Source: Phyllosticta citribraziliensis (Eukaryota). From it: a stretch of DNA of 64,000 bases. Numbering within the stretch: position 1 is the first letter of the stretch; each line of letters starts with the position of its first letter. The stretch covers positions 1,240,001 to 1,304,000 of the forward strand of contig NW_027117342.1 of assembly GCF_038025025.1 (NCBI RefSeq). The letters run 5' to 3'. A model generated the notes under the pieces. It saw only the letters and a list, made by a program, of their open reading frames with translations. It was not told the origin of the DNA and searched no databases. The position numbers and the translations under genes were made by a program. Shown one piece after another: positions 49,365 through 60,779 of the stretch.

Positions 49365-50615
49365 CTATCCCAGCAAGTCGCCCAACTTGTCCGCATAGAA
49401 AGCCGGCTTGACTCCAGTCCCATCTCCCTCGCCCAAAAAGTCCTCCTTCTTGTTCACGCCACTCAGCACAGCCAGAGTTCCGCCCAGCTGGCCTTCGATG
49501 CCAAAGCGAATGTCGGTGTTGAGACGGTCGCCAATCATGCATGTCCTGCTGCGATCGAATTTGAATTTGCCCTCAACCGCGTCCATCATAGCCTGGCTTG
49601 GCTTTCCAAGAGCCAACGGCGATTTCCCCGAGGCTGTCACCAAAGGTGCTTCAATGGACCCAGCCCCCGGGAACAAGGTGTGCGCCATGGGGAGTGTAGA
49701 GTCGGTGTTTGTTGCCAAAAACGTGGCTCCCCTCTTCAAGTATCCAAAGGCGTGCGCCAACTTCAAATAGTTGACGTGAAAGTCGAGACCGGCGAGGACG
49801 ATCCCAACATCGGGATCGAGAGCAGAGCCATCGGCAATGTTGGTGAAGTCCTCAGGCTCAATATCGCGGCGGAGGGAGGCATCTGTGCCGCCGATGAAGG
49901 GCACGTTTTCGGCACGGAGTTCCTCCTCGATGCCAGACTCCCCCAACACAAAGACCTTGTTCTTGGGAGCCGGAAGCTTGAGGATTCGCGCAATGTACAC
50001 CGCAGCGCTATACGCGGAGCCAAAGACCTCGTCCTAACTCATGTCAGCGGCCTGAAATACATGCGTTGCTAGAATCCATTGGTGTGCCGTTTTCTGAGAC
50101 ACGTACCACCGTCACAGGCACGCCGAGTTTGTCAAACTTCTTCTTGTAGTCTGCGCGGCTCTTTGTGCTATTGTTCGTCACAAACACAAGTTGTTTCCCT
50201 GCAGAGTGGTCGTTAGCAGGTCAGACACTAAGCAAGCATACCTTTCCCGACGCTCACCTTTGCTGCGAAGCATTTCCAGAGTTTCTGCGGTTCGAGGAAA
50301 GATGTGATCACCAGACCATAGCACACCTATCCTTCATGCGATTAGTCCCGAAGTCCGAGGTGCTCCTAGCCATGTCGGCTTTCAAAACCACTCTGCGCAG
50401 GCGCGTTGCCTTGGCTGCCATATTTCGGCGCGCGGGACTGGGTCGAGGGAATGCGCGTACCGTCACAGTCGAACAGGAAGGTCTGGGTGAAGTCTTTTAG
50501 TTCATGGTTCTTGGTGTCAGGATGGTTTGAGAAGAAATGTGTGACGCACATCAAACTTGGCAAGGAATTCCTCGATGGCCGGCTGGTCGCCGGACAAATA
50601 TCTTGGCTCCCCCAT
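49365..50615 (-). CDS. PHO13: 4-nitrophenylphosphatase / phosphoglycolate phosphatase (HAD IIA), multi-exon
   Basis: MGEPRYLSGD..KFD|TFLFDCDG|VLWSG, VFVTNNSTKSR, FLATNTD, LGKPSQ, MIGDRLNTDI. Confidence 0.93.
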
Positions 50616-50871
50616 TGCGACGGATGTTGATTCTCAAATCGAGCGTGTTGAGGTGTAGAGTGGAAAGATGTCAGGCTAAACTGCCCGAGGACTTTACAGT
50701 CCGCCGACGGGGGCAGATCCCTGGTGGGGCCCGCTGACGTGATGAGTCCGATCGGAGCTCAGCGCCGCGGGGTTCAACAATCCACCGCTGCAGACCTGGT
50801 ACCTGGGATTTATTCGAACACACCACGCAAGCGCACGTTGATGGGAACGGAGACCTTCAATTGGTTCTTGT

Positions 50872-52425
50872 TCATTCGCTACTCGAGTTGGCTTCCTCTG
50901 TTGAGTCTGTTTCTGGCCCCGAGGCCCTCGCCTGTCCCTGTCCATCGTAGCTTGTTTTGCGAAAAATTCCAACAAATCCTCCAATGTTGCTTGTTGTCAG
51001 TTTCGGTCTGCAAACGACCCTCCACTTCTCACTGGTGGCAGACTCGATGGACAGTCCTTCTAGGCTGTCTGGCGCAGGTTCTGCTTCAACCGAGGGCGCT
51101 TCTGGATTCTGCTGCTCCGTTTTGGCCTCTGCCTCATCAACATCATCGTTCCATTCGTTTGCCTTTGCCAGCTGTTTCTGGAACGATACATTATCGGCCG
51201 CGGCGGCTGATGTTGTTTTGGCAGTCTTCGTCTCTTTCAGGAGTTTGATTTCCCATGGTCTCGCGGTCTGACCGCCCCTCAATTCGGCCACATGTTCCAG
51301 GGCCAAAGGCAGGCGCGATTCTTTGATCGCTTTCAAACAGTCAGCAATTTGCGTTATGCTGGGGTTAAACACTGCAAGAATGCCATCGACCTGGAGAGCA
51401 CGAGCAACAGAAGGAAGATGATCTTCTGAGGCTGGGAGATCGAGGAAGACACGCGACAAGAATGGCTCAGGCTCATCTGCGCTTGAGTCGGACGACTGTG
51501 GTTTAGACATGGACTCCAGGCGCCTCTCAATCCACTGCGTTACGTCGCCCAAGTGAAAGTCGACGTGACGGGCATAAAGGCCGTGTCGAAAGTGTTTCAC
51601 GATTTGGCGGGCATGCACCATGTTGCGGCGCTTTGCCTCGACCGTGTGGACGACGGCACGTCGCTTTCCCTTCCACGCTTCGAAGGTATCTTCGTTCGAA
51701 ATTTCAGCGAGAGGTGAGTCGTATGTCGCATCTTCGGACGGATCTTCAGCGTCTGGCGAGGGCTGGATCGCTTCCGGGGCTTTGGGTAGTGGAGGGTTCG
51801 CAGCATGTATAGCCCTAGCAAGGTGTAGAGTCACTCCACCATGACCAGTACCAGCTTCCAAAACCTCCAGTGGAGAAGTGGAAGCATTCTCTTGGCTGGG
51901 TGGGTCGACGTGTATGTCCATCAACCCCACAATCACATTGGCGTCATCGTGGTAGATCTGGACAGGGCCGGGTCAGCGCGACCGCGGAGAGATGGACATG
52001 GCGTGCAGTGAACGACGAACAGGAGTGGCAATCCGCGGGCTCAGGCGGACATACTCTTCAAGCGTCGGCTCGTGCAACCGAAACGAAGTTTTGGTTGATT
52101 TTATAACGTCGCGCGCGCGTTTTCCGATAATCTCGTCGTGGGTGATGGGGCGGCCGGCAAAGGCGGTTTGTCTGACTTGGCCACCCGATTTGAGAGCGTA
52201 AGTCAAGATGCCATCGTTGTCAGGCTTCTTTTTGTCGCGCAACAGAACCACGTCGCCCTCTGGCGGTGGGATGTCAGCATGGAAGGAGGGAGAGAAAGAA
52301 AAAAGTGCAGGGTGCGGCGTACCAGCGAACTGTCGAGGCCCGGAGCGTGAGGATATGGAGCGAAGACATTGACGGCACACGGGCAGGCGGAGAGGCCTCG
52401 GTGCAGGGCGACAGGCGGCGAGCAT
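50872..52425 (-). CDS. tRNA (adenine58-N1)-methyltransferase catalytic subunit, GCD14/TRM61-like, probably mitochondrial
   Basis: Arg-rich N-terminal presequence, HDEIIGK, PTLEEYVRLSPRIATP|IYHDDANVIVGLMD, VLEAGTGHGGVTLHL, FLDLP, VFNPSITQI. Confidence 0.87.
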
Positions 52426-52864
52426 GAGAGAGAGCAGCGATAATGATGGGATGGTGTGGTGTTGTTCGGTGCCGTGGTGCAGATCTGGGGAAAGCTCTGG
52501 CGGGAGAGGCGTCCCCCGTCGCCGTCGGGTTGCAGGGGTCGTGTCATGCCTGCCGGTGCCTCCTGTGCGACCAACCCTACATGTACCTACCGTACATGCA
52601 CCCGGTACTCCCTCTGCACCACCTGCTCCACGCTCCCGTCGCCCGCCGCCTGCTCACCACCGCCTCTTCCTCCTCCGTCCACCAGGCCAACTTCCTGCGC
52701 CGAAGCAGGAGAATGGCTTGCTCTTCTTGTCTTCTTCCAGTCTGCTGCTCCTGAATCACCAAGCTCTTTAGCTCTACACCTGCCGCTTCTCCGCCTCGAC
52801 CTGCCTCTTCCCAGCAGCCACCTTTCTCCGACCTGTCCGAGCGCTTCGCGCATCACCCCCCAAT

Positions 52865-54633
52865 ATGACCAGAAGAATTGTGCGTCTCGTCTCTCCGTCC
52901 CGCCTCTGCGTGCTCACGCCTCTTGCGCCCATGTGCTGACAGAATTGCTTGTTTCCCCCAGGTCCGCACCAGCTTTCAGCTGGGAGCTCTCACGGCCGTC
53001 ATTGTCATGATCGTCATCTTCTTTGACAACCATTTCCGCGTCCTACCTCAAAGCATCCATACACACCTTCCGGCTCACCACCCCGGCCTCATCATCACCG
53101 ACATTACTGTACAAACCTGCTCCGCTCTCAATCCACTCAGCAGCTGCAAGCTCGACCAAGATAAATGGCATCGCGTCGAAAAGGACTTATATCTCGGGAC
53201 CGGATGGTTCAACAAAGCCTACGTCCATGTCAAGCGCAAGCGCGAAGAGGAACTCAAGTCCGACGAGAGAGTCGTCATCGACGTGCGCGTCGGCAGACTC
53301 GACCCGTCCATGGGCGAAAAGGGCCAAGAAACGGCAAAGTGGGAAAACAGACCTGCAGGGATTTGGCTTTTGCGATCGAGCAAGCGGCACGACAGCGACT
53401 CCAATCAAGTCGTGACTGCCGTAGATGTCTTGTTTGGCGCCGATGCTGTTGAGCCCCGTCCTAGTTGGGAAGTCCGAGACACCCCGCTTCTGTTGGATAC
53501 TTCGGGTGAGGCGCAAGAAGCTCGCCTTAGCCTCAGGCGTGGTCCGCCTCACAAGGTCGAGAAGCCAATCCCAAGAATCAAAAGGGATGGCAAATTCAAA
53601 ATCCTCCAAGTCTCGGATCTCCACCTCAGCACTGGGATTGGCGTGTGCCGGGATGCCGAGCCAAAGGGCCACAATGGCGGAGCTTGCGACGCGGACAGCC
53701 GGACCCTGGAATTTGTGGGAAAGATTTTGGATGACGAGAAGCCCGACATGGTCGTGCTCTCGGGAGACCAGGTCAATGGCGAGACTGCACCGGATTCTCA
53801 ATCTGTAAGTCAAGGGCTACTCCTGTTCGTCATCACCGCTGACACTCTAGGCCATCTTCAAATTCGCCGAACTATTCATAAAACGAAAGATCCCATACGC
53901 CGCAATCTTCGGGAATCACGACGACGAGGGCTCACTCAGTCGCTCCGCGCAAATGTCCCTCCTTACGACACTCCCTTACTCCCTCAGCGAGCCCGGGCCA
54001 AACACAATCGATGGCGTGGGCAACTACTTTGTCGAGATTCTTGCCCCTGGCACCTCGACACATTCAGCCTTGACACTCTACTTTCTCGACTCTCACTCAT
54101 ACTCTCCCGATGAACATAAGTTCCGTGGCTATGACTGGATCAAGCCGAACCAGATTTCGTGGTTCAAAGACACGGCCAAGAGCCTCAAAGAACAGCACAA
54201 GCACTACACACATATCCACCTCGACATGGCCTTCATTCACATTCCAGTCCCAGAGTATAGCCTTCGCGAGAACCAGTACGTGGGCGCATGGAAGGAGGGT
54301 GTCACTTCCCCTGGATTCAACTCTCACTTTCACGATGCCCTCATCGAAGCCCAGGTCCCTGTTGTGTCCTGCGGTCATGATCACGTCAACGACTACTGTG
54401 CCCTCTCCAGACTTGGAAGTGATCCAAGGTTATGGATGTGCTATGCCGGCGGCAGTGGCTTCGGCGGCTATGGCGGCTACAATGGATATCACAGACGAAT
54501 AAGAGTATGGGACGTTGACGCGAACGAAGCCAGGATCAGCACGTGGAAGAGAGTCGAATGGGGTAACACGGAAGAAAGAGTGGACGAACAGATCGTGGTC
54601 GAAGGGGGGAAGGTGTACGACAGCACTTCGTGA
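52865..54633 (+). CDS. DCR2: Calcineurin-like metallophosphoesterase Dcr2-like, 3 exons
   Basis: MTRRI|VRT + TM, FKILQVSDLHL, VVLSGDQ, FGNHDDEG, FLDSH, AFIHIP, SCGHDHVNDYC, GGSGFGGY. Confidence 0.88.
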
Positions 54634-56472
54634 GCGCATGGAACGAGCATGATTTCCCGCCGCGATCGTTCCCTCTCCTTTTCTGCAGGGTTGGCAATGG
54701 AAGAGATTGTAAGAATTGATCTGAACGCCGGACAGCTGTATCGTGGCCGAGGGGCGGCTTTGCACAGCATCACAGTACAAAAAAAGGGCTGCCAGCATGG
54801 AGTTCGCCCACACTCATTCTTGGTCGCGTCGACGCGTCTGTCATACTCTACAAGGCGGCCCGCGCTTGTCCGCCTACAACCGCCTCATCGCCCTGCCGCT
54901 CGCTTTCGCAACACATACCCGGCAATGGCCAAACGCCAGAATACAGACCTCAGCCACATACGAAGGCCCAAATGGTTGCCGCAACTTTGACTAGGCTTGC
55001 CTTACTTCGGTCTGTCCTTGTCGATGCACAGCACAAGGCAAGGGCGCAAATCGAGCTACCCCAAGGATCTCACTCTTCCTCCACGGCAGGTTGAGATTCA
55101 AGTGGCCACGACGACGCTCAACAATCGAAGACGACCTCCTCGCTCTCATCGATCTCGGCCTGCGCGAAGCTCTCTCCGTCGGGCGAGGGATAGCAATGCC
55201 CCCTCGTGTTTTTGCGTCACGCTGACTGGCCCTTTCGTTCGCTTCTTTCTCCCGGTCTCGGTCTCGGGCCCTTTCCGATCTTTCTTTGCTGTTGGAATTG
55301 TTGTTTCTTGTCGACGCCGTCTCTCTTGTTTTGTTTCCGGCAGGTCGGATCAGTTCGATGCAGAATACGAACGAGCGCGAGCGAAGGAGGACGAGCTGTC
55401 TTCACCTAGCATGGCGTTGTGGGCGTTGCTTTTGCACCTTTGCGTATTGGCAGCGATGCGACGACGATGTCGAGAACGGAGGCACGGGCAGAAAGACAAA
55501 TCGGAGGAGCGGTTTCGCTCGTAAGAGCATCGGAGGGGGGGTTGTCGTGGTCGTGGTATTGTGATTGAAGGTATACTGACCCAGTGGATGTGGGGTTGAT
55601 GCGTCTTGTAGTCGTCGACGAGGAAGAGAAAGTCGACTTTGTTGTACCTACCTTCGTGCGTACGGTAGTACTGGTTGTGAGATGAAATCCCAACTCAACA
55701 AGAGGAGTTCGGATTATGCTTCCATATATCTGCCCGGCGCTGGATTGTTGGTTGATCTCATAGCATCTTGTCTGCTCAGAAGTCACGCGCTCGAAGCCAC
55801 CTCGCCATGAATGATCCACACGTCAATCAAGCAAGCGATCAAATCCAATTTTCCGTTGTCGTAGCCAGAGTAGCAAATCTATCTGTCCTCGACCCCCAAA
55901 AAGCAAATGTGGTGCTGGCACCTTTGAATAAGACGCAAGTAGCGCCATACCCTCGTTCTCACTCCCTCGCCGCACTGCGAATTCCGACTGGTCGTCAATC
56001 ATGTTGAGTCGTGTAGTGTCGTGAAAAACCAAAGTGATCCGTGGTTCGCCTGTGTCCTTGCCGCAAAACGCCCTTGAAGACAAAGAATTTGAGAAAATGA
56101 GAAGCCCGTAAAGGCAAGGCTGACCGTGTGCCAGCAAGGAAATCAGAGGAAAAGAAAGAGGGCAAACAGAAAGGGTGTGTGATGACGGTGGGCAAGTAGA
56201 AAATGTCTCCCAATTTTGTCCTTTCGTTGGAATGCCGTTCGAAGTCGGATAAAGCGGGGTTTGTAAGAGATGCGATCAAGCAAGGAAAAGTAAGTTTGTG
56301 TTGTGAGAAAGTGGAGCAGCCGTCGACGATGAAGTAGGCAGAGCAGCAACGGTAGAGGAAAGGCTGCTCAGGGAATTGCAACTCTCGTGCCGCATGATGG
56401 CCGATTCGTTATATCTGCCACGGTCCCAGTATCTTGCGCTTCAGTTTGTAGCCACCCGTATTAGGAGAGCAC

Positions 56473-58647
56473 CTAATGAAACAGACGGCGGTTCAGCGCG
56501 CCAGAACTCTTGGGAATAGGAGGCGTCGGCCGTCTCGGCGGGACACGGAATGAGATTTTCGTCTTCCCGGCGTCATCACCATTGTGCGTGGTGGTGGATT
56601 CTGTGGACTCCTCCTCCGCTTCCTCAAAGTCCGAATTACCGCGAATGAAGCCGTTTTCTCGTCGTGTCAATACCGAAGCCGCGGTGGAGAGCGTTGGAGG
56701 CTTGCGTTTTGCGGGGCTTTTGTCGGCCTGAGTGGACTTTGATGGAGTAGTGGTGCTCCGGGGAGAGGCGGCCGAGGTCTGGGTCTTGGACTTGGAAGCA
56801 TCTGTATCGATTTTGGATGACTTGGGTTGCGCAGGCGCTTTCTTGGTGGCTGCGTCGTACATGGAGTTGGCCCGGACCTTCTCAGACGGAATCGGAGTCC
56901 TCTTCTTGGTGATTGTAGGCTCATCAAAATTGAATTTTGGGTTTTCTGACGGAAGGGAAGAAGTTTTGGTCGGGAGTCTTGAAAGGATTCCTGACCCTTT
57001 CCTGGGGACAGAGGGACTCTTCGCCTCCGATGGCAAGGGAACGGGCGGACTCCCCACCTCCGATGGCAAAACGACTTTGCCGTTGACGACACGGGTGCCC
57101 GGCTTTCGGCCGCGTTTCTTTGGTGTACCACTGCTGCCGCGGGACACTGCCAGTGCTGTCTTTTGTTTTCGAGGTGTCGTCGGGCGCGGAGGCTCTGTCG
57201 GGCGAGACAATGACTTTGTTCTCGGCCGTCGGACAACACTCTGATCTGAATCCTGGTCCTCGTCATCTGAGTCCACCACGTGGATGAAACTAGTTTCATC
57301 TCGAGTCTTTGGTGTAGAGTCCAAGAATTTGTCGGCTGGGTGTTGGTCAGCCCGATACAACGGCGTGCTGTTGCTGGCCGGCCGTCTTGACCTGCGCACC
57401 CAATTGGGCACACTGCTGTCTCTCGACTCTGGAGAAGTCTCTTTTTCTTCATCATCAGTGAGGCCAATGTCCTTTCCGTGGGATTCTCCACCGCTTGCCC
57501 CCGAGTCTCTGCGAAGTTTCTTCGACGGCGGCTCAAGGGCATCCATAGGTCCTTCGTTTGCGCGTTTTGGGGGGTCGTTGGACTCTGTGGTTGCGCACGG
57601 AATATCTCTGTCCAGGGCCTCGTTCGCACGTTTTGGGGTGTCGTTGGACTCTTTCGTCGCGCGCGGAATGTCGCTGTGCAGGGCTTCGTTTCTCGATACA
57701 AAATCACCCGGCAACTCCGTGAATTTTTCCTTGAGTACCGACAGGGGAATCATTTCTTTGAGTGCCGATAAGGGTACCATAAATTCTCCTGTACGGGGAT
57801 CAACGAAACCTTTGGTCCCCTTTGAAGCGTTTTGAGATGATTCGGGCTGAGGCGCTGAACTTGGTAACGCAAAGGGAGGCTCTGGTGTAGTGCTTCGCGG
57901 GGATGAAAGTGGTGAGGAATCCTCTGAGCTGCTCACACCCTCCAACTGCCTCATATGCCTTCTGTGCCAAGCAATCTTTTCCGGGGCCATTGGCTCGTCA
58001 CAACCCTTCCACCAGCTGAACATGCGACGATAGCTGTCCGGTAGAATTGGGTGTGACTTGTCGATTTGATCGAGCTCTTCCATATATTGCCGGAAAGTTT
58101 TGCCTTTTTTGAACTCGTCCCGGGCAGCCTTCGCATCTTCGTCGTCGTCGAGCTTCATTTTGAGCACTGCAGAAGACTCGCTCGCGCCAGCCTTCAGCCG
58201 CCTTTCAAAAGCATCCGCCATAGCTCTTTCCTCATGGCGTCTCGACTTGATCGCAGCACGCTTGGACTGCTTCTTGTTGCTTACCCTCGCGGAGAGGGTT
58301 GGGGGTCCATCACTGTCCGACTCGCAAGGTATGCTACCTCCTTCGCGGTCTTCGTCTGTCGAAGGGTAAGCGCCGTACACATCTTCATAATAGCCTCTGC
58401 GGGCTACGTTTTTCAGTATCTTGTAAGACCTTGCAGGACTTGGAGATATTCCTGTTGAGATGAAGCTGAGGCGGCTCTTACTTTGTCGTTTTGATGCCGA
58501 TGAAGAGTTGTTCCCACTACCAGTCCCGGGCGTCTGTCGAGGTGACTTGGGTTCGGATTTGGATCTGTCATGTGAGGCATTGCTTTCTGGGATTGCGCTC
58601 CGGGTGTCTTTGTTAGAGTGGTCAAGCGACGGTGGCGGCGATGTCAT
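56473..58647 (-). CDS. Low-complexity Ser/Pro/Lys-rich protein with AT-hook-like motif; 5' end uncertain
   Basis: 732-codon ORF; TPKKRGRKPG motif; PPSKKLRR NLS-like; internal repeats. Confidence 0.7.
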   Translation of the reverse strand: MTSPPPSLDHSNKDTRSAIPESNASHDRSKSEPKSPRQTPGTGSGNNSSSASKRQSKSRLSFISTGISPSPARSYKILKNVARRGYYEDVYGAYPSTDEDREGGSIPCESDSDGPPTLSARVSNKKQSKRAAIKSRRHEERAMADAFERRLKAGASESSAVLKMKLDDDEDAKAARDEFKKGKTFRQYMEELDQIDKSHPILPDSYRRMFSWWKGCDEPMAPEKIAWHRRHMRQLEGVSSSEDSSPLSSPRSTTPEPPFALPSSAPQPESSQNASKGTKGFVDPRTGEFMVPLSALKEMIPLSVLKEKFTELPGDFVSRNEALHSDIPRATKESNDTPKRANEALDRDIPCATTESNDPPKRANEGPMDALEPPSKKLRRDSGASGGESHGKDIGLTDDEEKETSPESRDSSVPNWVRRSRRPASNSTPLYRADQHPADKFLDSTPKTRDETSFIHVVDSDDEDQDSDQSVVRRPRTKSLSRPTEPPRPTTPRKQKTALAVSRGSSGTPKKRGRKPGTRVVNGKVVLPSEVGSPPVPLPSEAKSPSVPRKGSGILSRLPTKTSSLPSENPKFNFDEPTITKKRTPIPSEKVRANSMYDAATKKAPAQPKSSKIDTDASKSKTQTSAASPRSTTTPSKSTQADKSPAKRKPPTLSTAASVLTRRENGFIRGNSDFEEAEEESTESTTTHNGDDAGKTKISFRVPPRRPTPPIPKSSGALNRRLFH
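57551..57690 (-). repeat. In-frame 66-bp tandem duplication (about 2.1 copies) inside the AT-hook ORF
   Basis: NEALHSDIPRATKESNDTPKRA / NEALDRDIPCATTESNDPPKRA / NEG. Confidence 0.8.
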
Positions 58648-59325
58648 GATTGCTGAGCCACGTCTTGACAACCAGAGTCCCGGCTTCTGTTACGGTGAGC
58701 GGCCAGGCGAACCAAGCGAATGAGAATAGTGAGAGCTAATCACGAAGTATTGGTAGCAGTGGTGTATTTGGGTGGGAGTAGTGGGTGGGAAGGTGAGGCG
58801 AGGGATGATGGCAATGAACGGCCAGGTTTAAGAGGAAGGGCGAACAATGGTTCGAATGGGCAGGTGAGCCAGATCAAGAGATGTGTGGTCGTGCAAGTTG
58901 GCGTTCGCCGTGTTCCACGGGACAACGGGATGGACTCCAAACGGAAGCAGAAGTCGTTGGATGGCGTCTGCAGGCCGTGAGGAGTGTGTGCCGGTAGAAC
59001 GGCAGAATGTCTCACAATTTATGCCGTTCGTTGTGACATGGTGACTCCGTGTCGGAGAGGCTGCAGGTGGTTCGGTTGGGGTCGAGGTTAGCAGGGAACC
59101 CTCTCTGTGGTTGTCTTTGGTGGGGTACAGGTATCGCTGTGTGTCGGCAGGCAGGGTCAACGGTCTACACAGCCAACACAGTCTTGCGTGTAACGGGAAT
59201 GTTTCTTCGCTTGTGAACTACCATGGGTATACTTTTGAATCCTCCAGAAACCCTGACTCTAAAACCCCAACGCCTTCCAATGCCGCTATACATGACGTCG
59301 TGAACAATCCTCTCGACCCTTCCCT

Positions 59326-60372
59326 CTACAGGTCCTCCGGTAGAACCTCCTCCGCTGTGTAACCTATCGTCTCTCCAATCCTGCGCACGACCTCCTTGAT
59401 GCCCTTGCATGCCGGGCTATCCGGGTAGGCGTCAAGAAAGCTTTCTCCATAGTCGCAAGCCATGCCAATTCTCGGGTCCAAAGGCACAGCGCCAAGGAAA
59501 GGTATTCCCTCGTCCTCCGCCATTTTCCTCGCACCGCCGGTCGATGCCCTGAAGATTTGGCTTTGATGCCGACACCCTGGACAAACAAAGCCTGACATGT
59601 TCTCCACAATCCCGAGTATCCTGATGCCAGCCTTCCGACAGAAATCCACCTCTTTCCGCACATCCAGCAAGCTGACTTCCTGTGGCGTGCTCACTAGGAC
59701 CGCACCGTCAACGCCCGCCTCTTTCAGGAAGCTGTTGACGCTCAGGTGCTCGTCGCTTGTCCCAGGTGGTGTGTCGACGACCAGAAAATCCAGCTCTCCC
59801 CACTCGACGTCTTTAAGAAACGTCTTTATAAGCCCGTTCTTTTTCGGCCCGCGCCAGATGACCGCGTCGTCGCGGTTGGGTAGCATGAACTGCACACTCA
59901 TAACTCCCAGGTTGTCGCTAACCCACACAGGCTCCATGCCAGTGCTCGTGACGTGTATGCTCTCCTCCTCCACTCCCATCATCTTTGGAATACTCGGTCC
60001 GCAAATGTCCGTGTCCATCAGGCCGACGCTGCTGGCGGGGTTCGCGGCGAAGGCGTGAGCTAACATAGTGCTCAAGGTAGATTTCCCCACGCCGCCTTTG
60101 CCTGACAACACCAACAGTTTGTGTTTGACACCTGCGAGGCGCTCCGCAATGATTGGTATATCTGGGTCGGGTCCCTTGGGCGCTGACGCGCATATGGCTT
60201 GGTTGGGGCATCCGGCGCACGAGTCTGCCTTGCCAGCTGATTGCGACTCGGGTCCGGGACAGTGTTCCGGCTCTGGCGCGACGAGTTTCGGTGCAGACTT
60301 AAGTGGCGCCTCGAGAGCAGCAGCGCCGTCGGTCGTGGTGGGCGCGATGGGTTCTTCGAGAGAGGGCGCCAT
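59326..60372 (-). CDS. NBP35: Cytosolic Fe-S cluster assembly factor Nbp35
   Basis: [62 protein letters not shown]. Confidence 0.96.
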   Translation of the reverse strand: MAPSLEEPIAPTTTDGAAALEAPLKSAPKLVAPEPEHCPGPESQSAGKADSCAGCPNQAICASAPKGPDPDIPIIAERLAGVKHKLLVLSGKGGVGKSTLSTMLAHAFAANPASSVGLMDTDICGPSIPKMMGVEEESIHVTSTGMEPVWVSDNLGVMSVQFMLPNRDDAVIWRGPKKNGLIKTFLKDVEWGELDFLVVDTPPGTSDEHLSVNSFLKEAGVDGAVLVSTPQEVSLLDVRKEVDFCRKAGIRILGIVENMSGFVCPGCRHQSQIFRASTGGARKMAEDEGIPFLGAVPLDPRIGMACDYGESFLDAYPDSPACKGIKEVVRRIGETIGYTAEEVLPEDL

Positions 60373-60779
60373 GGTGGCGATCGGGTGTGAGTTGTTGGCT
60401 GGTGAGAATGTGGCAAGGCCTAAGATTCGGTGAAAAGGTTGAGGGAGTATCTTTTGTTGGTTATGCTTGGTAAGATTTGTTTGGAATTGGTCAAGTCAAG
60501 GAACGACAAAGTGAGATGGTAGCGACAGCGGCTCTGCCCGTTGTGTCATGGTCCACTTGCTTGGTAATTCGACTCCGATGCCACTCCGATAGGGCCAGCC
60601 CTTCCCTGCCCCGCATCACGTGGTCAATCCCAATCCGGCAGGTAAGGTACGTAGGTCATAATGTAGTAGATGGACGGCATTCGCTTTTGCCTGTCCAATT
60701 TCATTCTACAAAGTCATGTCTATTTATGACGCCAGCCAGTCAGCCTGAGCATTGCTGTAGTTCCCACTCCGGCCGCCGT

